A DNA stretch of 64,000 nucleotides from a virus, in IMG/VR virus record IMGVR_UViG_3300042695_002264, positions 1 to 64,000 of that record; one strand, written 5' to 3'. Position 1 is the first letter of the stretch; every line of letters starts with the position of its first letter. Of this stretch, positions 7,800 to 15,581 are shown one piece after another. The notes below the pieces were generated by a model that made no database searches, was not told the origin of the DNA, and worked only from the letters and a program-made list of their open reading frames with translations. Both the position numbers and the translations under genes were made by a program.

Positions 7800-8345
7800 A
7801 ATATGGGAGTCGCCCCGACCCCAAAGATGTAATGCATGACATCTCGGGGCAACTTTAAATATCTACGAGTTCATACCAGAGGGAACTGGTGCCCACGCGT
7901 AGAGAATAAACTCCCAAACTTTTAGTTCTTTTACATCTTGAGGGCTGACTCCTCCCAGAAGGGGGAGAGCGCGCAGCAGAAAACCAGAGGAATTAACCTC
8001 CAGCCCACAACTCTCCCAAGCTCTGGCGGATACATCTCCGTTCAACTTGTGAGCTAGTCGTCGAAAGACGATTCGATGTCGGTGCCGCCAGAAGGCACGG
8101 AGTCATAGGCAGGGAGTTCTGGCCTCCCTGTCAACACTTTCTGTCATAAAAAAAAATCGCCGTGGAGTAACGGTCCACTAGTCAGAACCTACTGATGAAT
8201 AAGAGTAAGCTGATCGTGACAGCAATAAAGGGGATGGTCACCACCGACCCGCGAGCGGCTCGCGTTAGCTGGTTAGTGCTGCAAAGCATTAGCCCCCATT
8301 TGATCCGTAAGGAGACGATGATGGGAAGCATGGCAGCCGACACTT
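7800..8345 (+). ncRNA. candidate structured ncRNA(s), family unknown
   Basis: No credible ORF; many nested helices and GNRA loops (see findings); lies in a tRNA-bearing unit. Confidence 0.55.
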
Positions 8346-8347
8346 TC

Positions 8348-8418
8348 GCACCTTTAGCCAAGTGGTAAGGCAGGAGTCTGCAACACTCTTATCGCTGGTT
8401 CGAATCCAGCAAGGTGCT
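8348..8418 (+). tRNA. tRNA-Cys(GCA)
   Basis: Acceptor gcacctt/aaggtgc; loop ctGCAac; U discriminator; 3' end overlaps element copy 8. Confidence 0.9.
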
Positions 8419-8485
8419 GATTATCAACGAGTTACAGCTACACGCCCCGCCGCGCCGCGTAAATGCTTGAATATCAACGCTTTAT
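8409..8485. repeat. 77-bp element copy 8
   Basis: gcaaggtgctgattatcaacgagttac / agctacacgccccgccgcgccgc / gtaaatgcttgaatatcaacgctttat. Confidence 0.9.
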
Positions 8486-8537
8486 AAAGTATAAATATCC
8501 AGTTGACAAAATTTTCAAATAGGGCTATTCTTACAGC

Positions 8538-9263
8538 ATGATCACCACACAACTACCTCTACCCATGCGTTGCTCTTCTGATGCTCTCGTTCAGCCAGAG
8601 CTTGAACTCAAGCCTACGCGCAATCCTTCCTACTCTCGCGTCGAACGCTTCTTTGATTCCTTGGATCGTTCGCGTGTTGTGTCATACACCGACTACTGGA
8701 ATTCCATTGCGCCCAAAGGAACACAAGATGCAATGTTGCGCTGGCTCTTTGCTTTTATGTCAGTCCATACGAGTTGGAAGTCCAACGTCAACGGCTACAA
8801 CGCAATCAAAACAATGGATTGGTGGCACGATCAACAAGTCCTCCTTAACAAGCTCAAGCATAGTGGCGTTGGCTTGCACAACAATCGCACGAAATTTGTC
8901 TGGCAGTTCCAGAAAAACTTTTGGGGTGATGTCAAAAAGTATTCTCACGCTCCTACGGATTGGCGCGGTCATCGTGACGAGTTGGTTAGCGAAGTGCTTG
9001 GTCTTGGCAAAGCTAAAGTCTCTTTCTCGTTGGAGATGATTCATCCCGACAAGTGCGAAGTTGTCTGCATGGATACTCATATGTTCCAAGCCTACTCGCT
9101 CGACCAAACCAAAGACGAAAAACATTACGATAACATCGAAGCCCATTGGATTTCAATGTGCCGTGCGTATGACGTTCCCTGCTACATTGCGCGTTGCCTT
9201 TACTGGGATGCGATTCAAGACAAGCAGGATTCGCGCTACTGGTCGTATGTTTTTGAAGAATAA
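8538..9263 (+). CDS. HhH-GPD superfamily DNA glycosylase-like protein (Ogg2-like)
   Basis: HhH motif VLGLGKAKVSF followed by VCMDTHM; promoter TTGACA(8503)-17-TATTCT. Confidence 0.65.
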   Translation: MITTQLPLPMRCSSDALVQPELELKPTRNPSYSRVERFFDSLDRSRVVSYTDYWNSIAPKGTQDAMLRWLFAFMSVHTSWKSNVNGYNAIKTMDWWHDQQVLLNKLKHSGVGLHNNRTKFVWQFQKNFWGDVKKYSHAPTDWRGHRDELVSEVLGLGKAKVSFSLEMIHPDKCEVVCMDTHMFQAYSLDQTKDEKHYDNIEAHWISMCRAYDVPCYIARCLYWDAIQDKQDSRYWSYVFEE

Positions 9264-9301
9264 TCCTTGCAATCCATTTCAAAATCCAATACATTAAGAA
9301 C

Positions 9302-9526
9302 ATGAACAAAACCACTACCATCATCACCCGCCGTTCACCCTTCACCCAAAAAGTTAACAGGATGGAGATTCCTCTCTCCCATTCGGAGTTTGAGAAGAGG
9401 ACAATTCTTTGGCAGTCTGGGATGCTCATTCAAGATGCGTTCCCCATGCTGTCCGCTGATGAGCGCGAGTTCATCAAAACTGGTATCACTCCCGAAGAGT
9501 GGGAACAGATGTTTGGAGAAGACTAA
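9302..9526 (+). CDS. conserved small phage protein
   Basis: IQDAFPMLSADEREFIKTGITPEEW motif common in phages; own promoter. Confidence 0.85.
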   Translation: MNKTTTIITRRSPFTQKVNRMEIPLSHSEFEKRTILWQSGMLIQDAFPMLSADEREFIKTGITPEEWEQMFGED

Positions 9527-9547
9527 TATAGAAAGGAGGAAAATATA

Positions 9548-9718
9548 ATGAAACTAATCGAAGGTGCTATTTATAACTACAAAGGGGAAGCTGTTCGTTT
9601 CCGTAAACAGATTGGCGTTGTTGCTTTCTTGTCGCGTCGTAAGCGAGGTTCGTTTGTTGGACGAACTGATTTGCTCAAGAAGGCAAATAAAAAGCAGGTC
9701 GATAAATTCCTCAAATAA
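9548..9718 (+). CDS. 56-aa basic protein
   Basis: Strong SD AAAGGAGG at 9532; MKLIEGAIYNYKGEAVRFRKQ...; stop 2 nt before element copy 9. Confidence 0.75.
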   Translation: MKLIEGAIYNYKGEAVRFRKQIGVVAFLSRRKRGSFVGRTDLLKKANKKQVDKFLK

Positions 9719-9720
9719 GC

Positions 9721-9797
9721 GTAAAGCTCTCGTAATCATGGGGTTACGAGGGCGCGCCCCGCCGCGCTGCGTAAGTCGTTGGAAATCAACCACTTGC
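9721..9797. repeat. 77-bp element copy 9
   Basis: gtaaagctctcgtaatcatggggttac / gagggcgcgccccgccgcgctgc / gtaagtcgttggaaatcaaccacttgc. Confidence 0.9.
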
Positions 9798-9808
9798 GCA
9801 TTTGTCCT

Positions 9809-9825
9809 TTCAGGAACCGTGCCAA
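9809..9825 (-). promoter_or_regulatory. sigma54-like -24/-12 motif
   Basis: TTGGCACGGTTCCTGAA. Confidence 0.55.
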
Positions 9826-9902
9826 TTCCCAGAAAAATATTTTCAATCAAATTGCAAAAAAAGGTTTGCTCGCTCATACAAAAACACTTATTCTTATGAA
9901 GT

Positions 9903-10682
9903 ATGAGAAACCTAAACCTAACACTGCACTGCGGCGGTCACGCCGTGGAATCCACCCAAGTTCAGCAAACTCCCACTCCCGCACCCACGGATTCGTGGAT
10001 GCCCATCCCGCACTTCGCGCTCATCGAGCGTCTGCGCGAGATCGTCGGTAGTGCTGGCTTGACCATCACGCAAGAGGCGCACGCCCTTGCTCGCAACGGC
10101 CTTCGCTACTTCGGATTGTTCCAAGTGGCGGGAATCCCCAACTTCTCACAGGAGTCCAACATCGGGACTGTGATCGGCTTGCGCAACTCGCACGACAAGT
10201 CGTTTCCCGCTGGCATCAACGCTGGTTCCGCGCCTTTCGTGTGCGACAACCTCGCGTTTCACAACGAGATCAAAATCGCTCGTCGTCACACCAAGTTCAT
10301 CATGCGCGACCTTCCTTCGCTCCTTTCGGGCGCATTCGGAAAGTTGCTCAACACTTGGGGCAACAACGCCAAGCGTATCGAGGCTTACCAGTCTTGCGCG
10401 CTCAAGGACGTTCAAGCGCACGACCTCATCGCCAAGGCTTACCGCTGTGGCGCAGTGAGCAAGACCGCTCTGGCGGACGTTCTCGACCAGTGGCACAACC
10501 CCGAACACGCCGAGTGGTCGGAGCAGAAGAACCTCTGGGGTCTTCACAACTCCTTCACCAACGTCATGCGCGGAAACGTGCTCGCGTTGCCCAAGCGTAG
10601 CGATGCGCTCCACGGACTTCTCGACCCTATCGCAGGCGTGGCGCTGGCGAGGGCAGAAGACGCCGAGGCCATCACGGTCTAA
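9903..10682 (+). CDS. DUF932-family phage/plasmid protein
   Basis: Signature LRNSHDKS...FVCDNL...RHT. Confidence 0.85.
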   Translation: MRNLNLTLHCGGHAVESTQVQQTPTPAPTDSWMPIPHFALIERLREIVGSAGLTITQEAHALARNGLRYFGLFQVAGIPNFSQESNIGTVIGLRNSHDKSFPAGINAGSAPFVCDNLAFHNEIKIARRHTKFIMRDLPSLLSGAFGKLLNTWGNNAKRIEAYQSCALKDVQAHDLIAKAYRCGAVSKTALADVLDQWHNPEHAEWSEQKNLWGLHNSFTNVMRGNVLALPKRSDALHGLLDPIAGVALARAEDAEAITV

Positions 10683-10698
10683 ATTCTGAGACGCACAA

Positions 10699-10736
10699 AA
10701 GGGCTTGGCAGGGCAACCTGTCAAGTCTTTTTTTTG
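10699..10736 (+). terminator. intrinsic terminator
   Basis: gggcttggcagg-gcaa-cctgtcaagtct followed by a T-run. Confidence 0.8.
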
Positions 10737-10753
10737 CAAAAATTCATTGTTGT

Positions 10754-10830
10754 GTAAGTCATTGAATATCAAGCACTTGCGCCGCCGCGCCCAGCTGCCC
10801 AGCGTAAGTCTTTGATTGTCAAGGGTTTAC
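10754..10830. repeat. 77-bp element copy 10
   Basis: gtaagtcattgaatatcaagcacttgc / gccgccgcgcccagctgcccagc / gtaagtctttgattgtcaagggtttac. Confidence 0.9.
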
Positions 10831-10893
10831 ATTTTAATGCAAAAAATATCTTGACCGCACACGCAAAAGACTTTATTGTCATTATATCACCAC

Positions 10894-11220
10894 ATGAAAC
10901 TATCAGAAATTCAAGCCATTGCAAACCTCACAGCAAAATTCCTCGGACTCCCAATCAAACCCAAGGCCGAAATTACTACCAATAAACGAGGCCGCGCCTA
11001 CACCACGCAGGGCCGCTTCAATATTCCAGAGTGGGCCTTCAAGCACGGAGAAAAGTTTGTCATATACTATGTTGTGCATGAAGTCTGCCACTTTTACGGA
11101 GGAACATTAGATCACGGCAAACTCTTTTGTCAAGTCGAAGACCGCGCATTAAAATTTTGGGGGCTTTACATTCAACGCAAAAAAGTTTATCCTAATCCAC
11201 AATCAATCTACAAACTATGA
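10894..11220 (+). CDS. SprT/YgjP-like zincin metallopeptidase
   Basis: YYVVHEVCH...DHGKLF. Confidence 0.75.
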   Translation: MKLSEIQAIANLTAKFLGLPIKPKAEITTNKRGRAYTTQGRFNIPEWAFKHGEKFVIYYVVHEVCHFYGGTLDHGKLFCQVEDRALKFWGLYIQRKKVYPNPQSIYKL

Positions 11221-11465
11221 GCAAAAATACCTGCCCTGCTGATTACGATGGCGAAATGCTTGTTATCGGTGGCTATGTAAAATACGATGGAAAGACTTGG
11301 GAAGTCCTTGACTACGAAGATTCCGAACAGCCATACTTTGATGATAACTACACGGAACATAGTATTCTTTTATTGGCTTGCCGCTCGCAAGAGGAAGACA
11401 ATATTTGGATACCAGATTATGAGGTAGAGCAAACTGAATATCAGCAATTGTGTTTTGAACTATGA
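11217..11465 (+). CDS. acidic hypothetical protein
   Basis: ATGA-coupled 82-aa ORF. Confidence 0.7.
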   Translation: MSKNTCPADYDGEMLVIGGYVKYDGKTWEVLDYEDSEQPYFDDNYTEHSILLLACRSQEEDNIWIPDYEVEQTEYQQLCFEL

Positions 11466-11544
11466 AAAATATCGTTCTATTTGTCGCTCTACCTATCACT
11501 ATTTGTGTCTGGTCGTTCACTATTTATGGAGTAATTAAATTTTT

Positions 11545-11617
11545 GGGGTGGTAGCTCAATGGTTAGAGCGTGCGGCTCATAATCGCTTGGTTGTCGGTTC
11601 GAATCCGACCCGCCCCA
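11545..11617 (+). tRNA. tRNA with CAT anticodon (Ile2 or elongator Met)
   Basis: Acceptor ggggtgg/ccgcccc; loop ctCATaa; last base is the first base of element copy 11. Confidence 0.9.
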
Positions 11618-11693
11618 CATCTATTTGAAAATCAAGCACTTACAGATGAGTGCCCCGCCGCGCCGCGTAAGTCGTTGATATTCAATGGCTTAC
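11617..11693. repeat. 77-bp element copy 11
   Basis: acatctatttgaaaatcaagcacttac / agatgagtgccccgccgcgccgc / gtaagtcgttgatattcaatggcttac. Confidence 0.9.
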
Positions 11694-11736
11694 AAAAACA
11701 CTTGACACCAATCGCAACCTGTGATACATTTAGAGG

Positions 11737-11901
11737 ATGAACACTACTATTGCATCCTGTCGTGAACAAATCCAAGAGGACTTGATTTGCTTGCTTGAAG
11801 CTGCGAATAATCTTGGCCTCAAAGAACATCTTGAAGAAGTCACTACGCTGGCCTGTAAAATTGTGGTTGACAACTTCAAAAAACTTGAGAAGATAAGCTA
11901 A
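11737..11901 (+). CDS. 54-aa hypothetical protein
   Basis: TTGACA(11702)-17-TACATT-6-ATG; MNTTIASCREQIQEDLICLLE. Confidence 0.7.
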   Translation: MNTTIASCREQIQEDLICLLEAANNLGLKEHLEEVTTLACKIVVDNFKKLEKIS

Positions 11902-12164
11902 TGAACGACTACAAACTACCCAAAGACGCCTACTCTGCTGCTCGCTATGACGAGTTACACTTTGCTGTTGCCCACTATGGCACAGCCATGCACCGAAACC
12001 TTTGGGACTTGCTTGTTGACGCTGGCTTGAGCAAGCGACAAATCTTTTCCCAATACATGAAGGTTCTTCGTGTGACTACGGCTGTAAATAAAGACATTCT
12101 CTATTGTGTAGGGACTGGTAATTTTTCAATCAAACCTGTTGACAAAAAGAGCAAAACCCTATAA
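11901..12164 (+). CDS. hypothetical protein
   Basis: TAATG-coupled 87-aa ORF. Confidence 0.7.
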   Translation: MNDYKLPKDAYSAARYDELHFAVAHYGTAMHRNLWDLLVDAGLSKRQIFSQYMKVLRVTTAVNKDILYCVGTGNFSIKPVDKKSKTL

Positions 12165-12172
12165 TATCAAAA

Positions 12173-13042
12173 ATGATGAAAACGCTAAACGCACTAATCA
12201 AAACCGACGAGTCCATCACCGCAGTTCTTGATGGAGTTCCCAAGACGATGAGTTGTAACCATCCGTCTTTCACCGAGGCGATCACTTGCCTCGCTACTGG
12301 AGACTACGAAACCCTCGACACCCTGTTCGATGTTTCCGAGTCTATCACCCGCAAGTTTAATGCCGATAATGTCGGCGGTGTGGAGATCACCGATGGCGTG
12401 ATCTACTACCAAGGTGAACCTGTCCACAACTATGTCGTTGATCGTATCTTCGACTTCATGGACGAGGGCTTGCCGTTTGAGCCGCTTGCCAAGTTCCTTA
12501 ACAAACTCATGGCGAATCCTTCTCGCCGTGCGGTTGAGGAATTGTATAAGTTCCTTGAACACAAGCATCTTCCGATCTGTCAAGATGGCGACTTCCTTGC
12601 CTACAAGAGTGTTCGTCAAGACTACATGGATCACCATAGCGGCAAGTTCTTCAATGGTGTTGGTGAGGTCTTGGAAATGCCCCGCAACGCTGTCTGTGAC
12701 GATGCCGATGTGGGTTGCTCCTATGGCTTCCATGCTGGTAGCCATGCGTATGCCAGCACTTTTGGTGGCGGCGACTCTCGCCTTGTGATCGTCAAGATCA
12801 ATCCTGCCGATGTTGTGTCGGTTCCGAAAGATTGCGACTGCCAGAAGTTGCGGACTGCTCGCTACGAGGTTGTCAAAGACTTCGATGGAGTCTATAAGAA
12901 ACCTCTCAACACGGAGTTCAATTCCTACGATGAGGACTACGATGACGAGGGCTACGAAGATGAAGATTATGGTTGCACGGATAAAAATTGCAACTATCAT
13001 AATGTGAGGGATAGCAAGGGTCGCTTCATGCGGAAGCGGTAG
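12173..13042 (+). CDS. rIIB: rIIB-like protein
   Basis: AYKSV..DY.D.HSGKF.N.VG..LEMPR..V....CSYGFHAGS..YA..F....VKINPADVVSVP.D..QKLR..RYEV. Confidence 0.9.
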   Translation: MMKTLNALIKTDESITAVLDGVPKTMSCNHPSFTEAITCLATGDYETLDTLFDVSESITRKFNADNVGGVEITDGVIYYQGEPVHNYVVDRIFDFMDEGLPFEPLAKFLNKLMANPSRRAVEELYKFLEHKHLPICQDGDFLAYKSVRQDYMDHHSGKFFNGVGEVLEMPRNAVCDDADVGCSYGFHAGSHAYASTFGGGDSRLVIVKINPADVVSVPKDCDCQKLRTARYEVVKDFDGVYKKPLNTEFNSYDEDYDDEGYEDEDYGCTDKNCNYHNVRDSKGRFMRKR

Positions 13043-13058
13043 TCGGTGGTGCGACAAA

Positions 13059-13098
13059 AGGGGGTGGGGCTTGTGGTGGGCCTCACCCCCAACTTTTT
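13059..13098 (+). terminator. intrinsic terminator
   Basis: gggggtggggctt/gggcctcaccccc hairpin followed by a T-run. Confidence 0.7.
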
Positions 13099-13116
13099 GC
13101 TCTTGTCTTGTTTGTT

Positions 13117-13193
13117 GTAAGTGGTTAATACTCAAGCACTTGCAATCGCGCGCCCCGCCGCGCCGCGTAAGTCGTTGGCGTTCAACGTGTTAT
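13117..13193. repeat. 77-bp element copy 12
   Basis: gtaagtggttaatactcaagcacttgc / aatcgcgcgccccgccgcgccgc / gtaagtcgttggcgttcaacgtgttat. Confidence 0.9.
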
Positions 13194-13264
13194 GATTTTG
13201 TGAAAAAAATCGCTTGCCATCCCACTCAAATACCACTATTCTGATTACTCAACCTACTACTACA

Positions 13265-15511
13265 ATGATCGTTACACAATCCAAAGCTAATGTCGTCACG
13301 CAAGGTGTTCAAGGTGCTGTTTCTTTCGGCATCAAACAAGAAGGTCTTGCCCACATCTTCAACGTCCTCCGCAATCAGTTGTATTCGGACAAGATTCTTG
13401 CAGTCTTGCGCGAGTATTCCTGTAACGCTGTTGACTCTCACACCGAAGCTGGTCACAATCGTCCGATTGAGGTTACGCTTCCTTCTCGTCTGTCTCTGGA
13501 ACTCAAGATTCGTGACTACGGCATCGGCCTTTCCGAAACTGACATCCAAGAGATTTATGCTTTCTATGGTGAATCAACGAAGCGTAAGAGCAACTCCCTC
13601 ATCGGGCAGTTAGGTCTTGGCAGTAAGTCCGCTTTTGCCTATGGTGACAACTTTGTCATCAATAGCTACTACAACGGCGTCAAGACTATCTACAACGCTT
13701 ACATTGATCCCTCGCAGATCGGTCAAATCGCTAAACTCGCATCCGCTCCGACTAACGAAGCGAATGGTGTTGAAATTGTGATTCCGGTAAAACCCGCCGA
13801 CTGCGAAACTTTCGTCTCGACTGCTCGTAGCTTGTTCGCCTTCTTCAAGGTCAAGCCTATCGTGCGCGGTGCTGCCAACTTCACTTACGAAGAAAAGCCC
13901 TCCATTTATAGTGGCGCGGATTGGCGCATCTTCAAGGCAGATCGTAACTCCTATGGTCGTAACTGCGTTGCTGTCATGGGCAATATCGGCTACACCATTT
14001 CCTCGTCTGCTCTCAAGCTCGATGAGAACAATGATGCCGAAGCAACGATTGAGCGTCTGCTCAACAACTGCGACATTCAACTCGACGTTCCGATTGGCGA
14101 ACTCGACATCGCTGCCTCGCGTGAAGGTTTGCAATACACGGATCGCACCATTGACAATATCAAAAAGCGCATCCTTGTCATTCGTGACTTCCTCGTTGCT
14201 GACATTACCAAGCAACTCAAAGGCGCACAAAGTCTGTGGTCGTTCAAGCGTATGCTTGGTGAAATGCACAACTTCAATAGTCCCTACTATGTTGTGTGTA
14301 ACGCTATGCGCGGCAAAAATGGTTACGATTACAACGGCAAAGCCATCAAAGATTATACGATCAACTTTGGCAACTCGCGTGGATTCAAACTCTACACGCC
14401 GCGCAAGGGTTATCTGAATGGTTCTTACATTGTCAAAGGCAGTAAGAATGAGGACATGACTCATCTGATTAGCCTCGACGGAGGTATGGTCATCGTGGAG
14501 AACACGAAGAAGATCAAGACGCAGATCGTCAATCACATCTTCCCCATGCTTCAGAATGATGGCAAGGTGATCGTGTTTGAGCCGCTTAATGCTGCTGATC
14601 GTAAGAAGCAGATGGACGCTCTTGGTCTTGTTGACTCTGACATCGTTGACATGGCAACCTTGCCCAAGGTGTTGCTGCCTCGCGCAACTCGTCGTGCGAA
14701 CAACAATGCCCTCATGGTCAATCGTAGCAAACACACCAGCAAAGTGTTTTCGATTGATCCCAATGCCAAAAGCCTTTCATCCTATCACAAGGTCAAAAGT
14801 GACTACTGGATGGAAGATGATCTCGACCTGTCCTCGCTCGACCCGAAGAAATACTGCTACGTTGAGATTGAGCGGTTCATGGGTAAGATCGACGGACATG
14901 AAATCAGCCCGACAAGTCTAATGTCTTGCTGTGCCAAGATTGAAACTCTTGCCAAACTTACCAAAGCTAAAGGTATCGTTGCTCCTATCATCGTCGGTAT
15001 CAAAGGTGGTGGCACTACGCTTAACAAAGCCAAGATGAGCAAACTCATGGACTTCAAAACTTTCTTCACCAATGCGTTGAAAGAAGTCGAAGCTCAAGCC
15101 AATGTCGGTGAGATTCTTTATGCTGAAGAAATCTATCAGAAGTTTGCTGGTAAGAACCAATGCTTGCGCGGTGAGGTTCGCAAACTGGTCAACGCGACCA
15201 ATGCGCCGAACACGCATCGTGTCTTGGAAGAAGTCTTGGCTTTGTCTGCGGAGAAAGACAATGCAACGATCAAGACTTGCATCGAAAGCATCTGCGGACA
15301 CATCGGGGTTCCTTCAAAGAATGTCCGTTCCAAACGTAGTGCCAAACTCGATGCTATGGAAGTCAAGGCGACCAAACTTGCCCACTCCATGCGCCTGTTG
15401 CAAGCGATTGACCAGTATAATCTCCAGACCTATCGTGATGGTCACAAAGAGCATCGTGAGGCTTGCGTGGATTATATTCAGACCCGCGACCATCTGCTCG
15501 CGGGAGTATAA
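13265..15511 (+). CDS. rIIA: rIIA-like protein (N-terminal GHKL ATPase)
   Basis: LYSDKILAVLREYSCNAVDSH, RDYGIGLS, YGESTKR.SN..IG.LGLGSKS.FAY, LDIAASREGL; probable start ATG 13265. Confidence 0.9.
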   Translation: MIVTQSKANVVTQGVQGAVSFGIKQEGLAHIFNVLRNQLYSDKILAVLREYSCNAVDSHTEAGHNRPIEVTLPSRLSLELKIRDYGIGLSETDIQEIYAFYGESTKRKSNSLIGQLGLGSKSAFAYGDNFVINSYYNGVKTIYNAYIDPSQIGQIAKLASAPTNEANGVEIVIPVKPADCETFVSTARSLFAFFKVKPIVRGAANFTYEEKPSIYSGADWRIFKADRNSYGRNCVAVMGNIGYTISSSALKLDENNDAEATIERLLNNCDIQLDVPIGELDIAASREGLQYTDRTIDNIKKRILVIRDFLVADITKQLKGAQSLWSFKRMLGEMHNFNSPYYVVCNAMRGKNGYDYNGKAIKDYTINFGNSRGFKLYTPRKGYLNGSYIVKGSKNEDMTHLISLDGGMVIVENTKKIKTQIVNHIFPMLQNDGKVIVFEPLNAADRKKQMDALGLVDSDIVDMATLPKVLLPRATRRANNNALMVNRSKHTSKVFSIDPNAKSLSSYHKVKSDYWMEDDLDLSSLDPKKYCYVEIERFMGKIDGHEISPTSLMSCCAKIETLAKLTKAKGIVAPIIVGIKGGGTTLNKAKMSKLMDFKTFFTNALKEVEAQANVGEILYAEEIYQKFAGKNQCLRGEVRKLVNATNAPNTHRVLEEVLALSAEKDNATIKTCIESICGHIGVPSKNVRSKRSAKLDAMEVKATKLAHSMRLLQAIDQYNLQTYRDGHKEHREACVDYIQTRDHLLAGV

Positions 15512-15533
15512 TTGTTAGTGGTGTAGTGGTGGG

Positions 15534-15571
15534 TGCGGGGCGTGCCGAGTGGTGCGCCCCGCATTTTTTTT
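15534..15571 (+). terminator. intrinsic terminator
   Basis: tgcggggcgtgcc-gagt-ggtgcgccccgca followed by T8. Confidence 0.85.
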
Positions 15572-15581
15572 AGATTAAAAT

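Noticed and set aside
7941-8130. tmRNA or RNase P RNA
   Set aside because: No tRNA-like TPsiC/CCA end and no GAGGAAAGTCC-type P4 signature.
8190-8230. CTGATGA as a hammerhead ribozyme core
   Set aside because: No stem II followed by GAAA at the required position.
12194-15390. Long antisense ORFs opposite rIIB/rIIA (and 10146..10772 opposite DUF932)
   Set aside because: Shadow frames caused by codon bias; the + strand has recognisable families.
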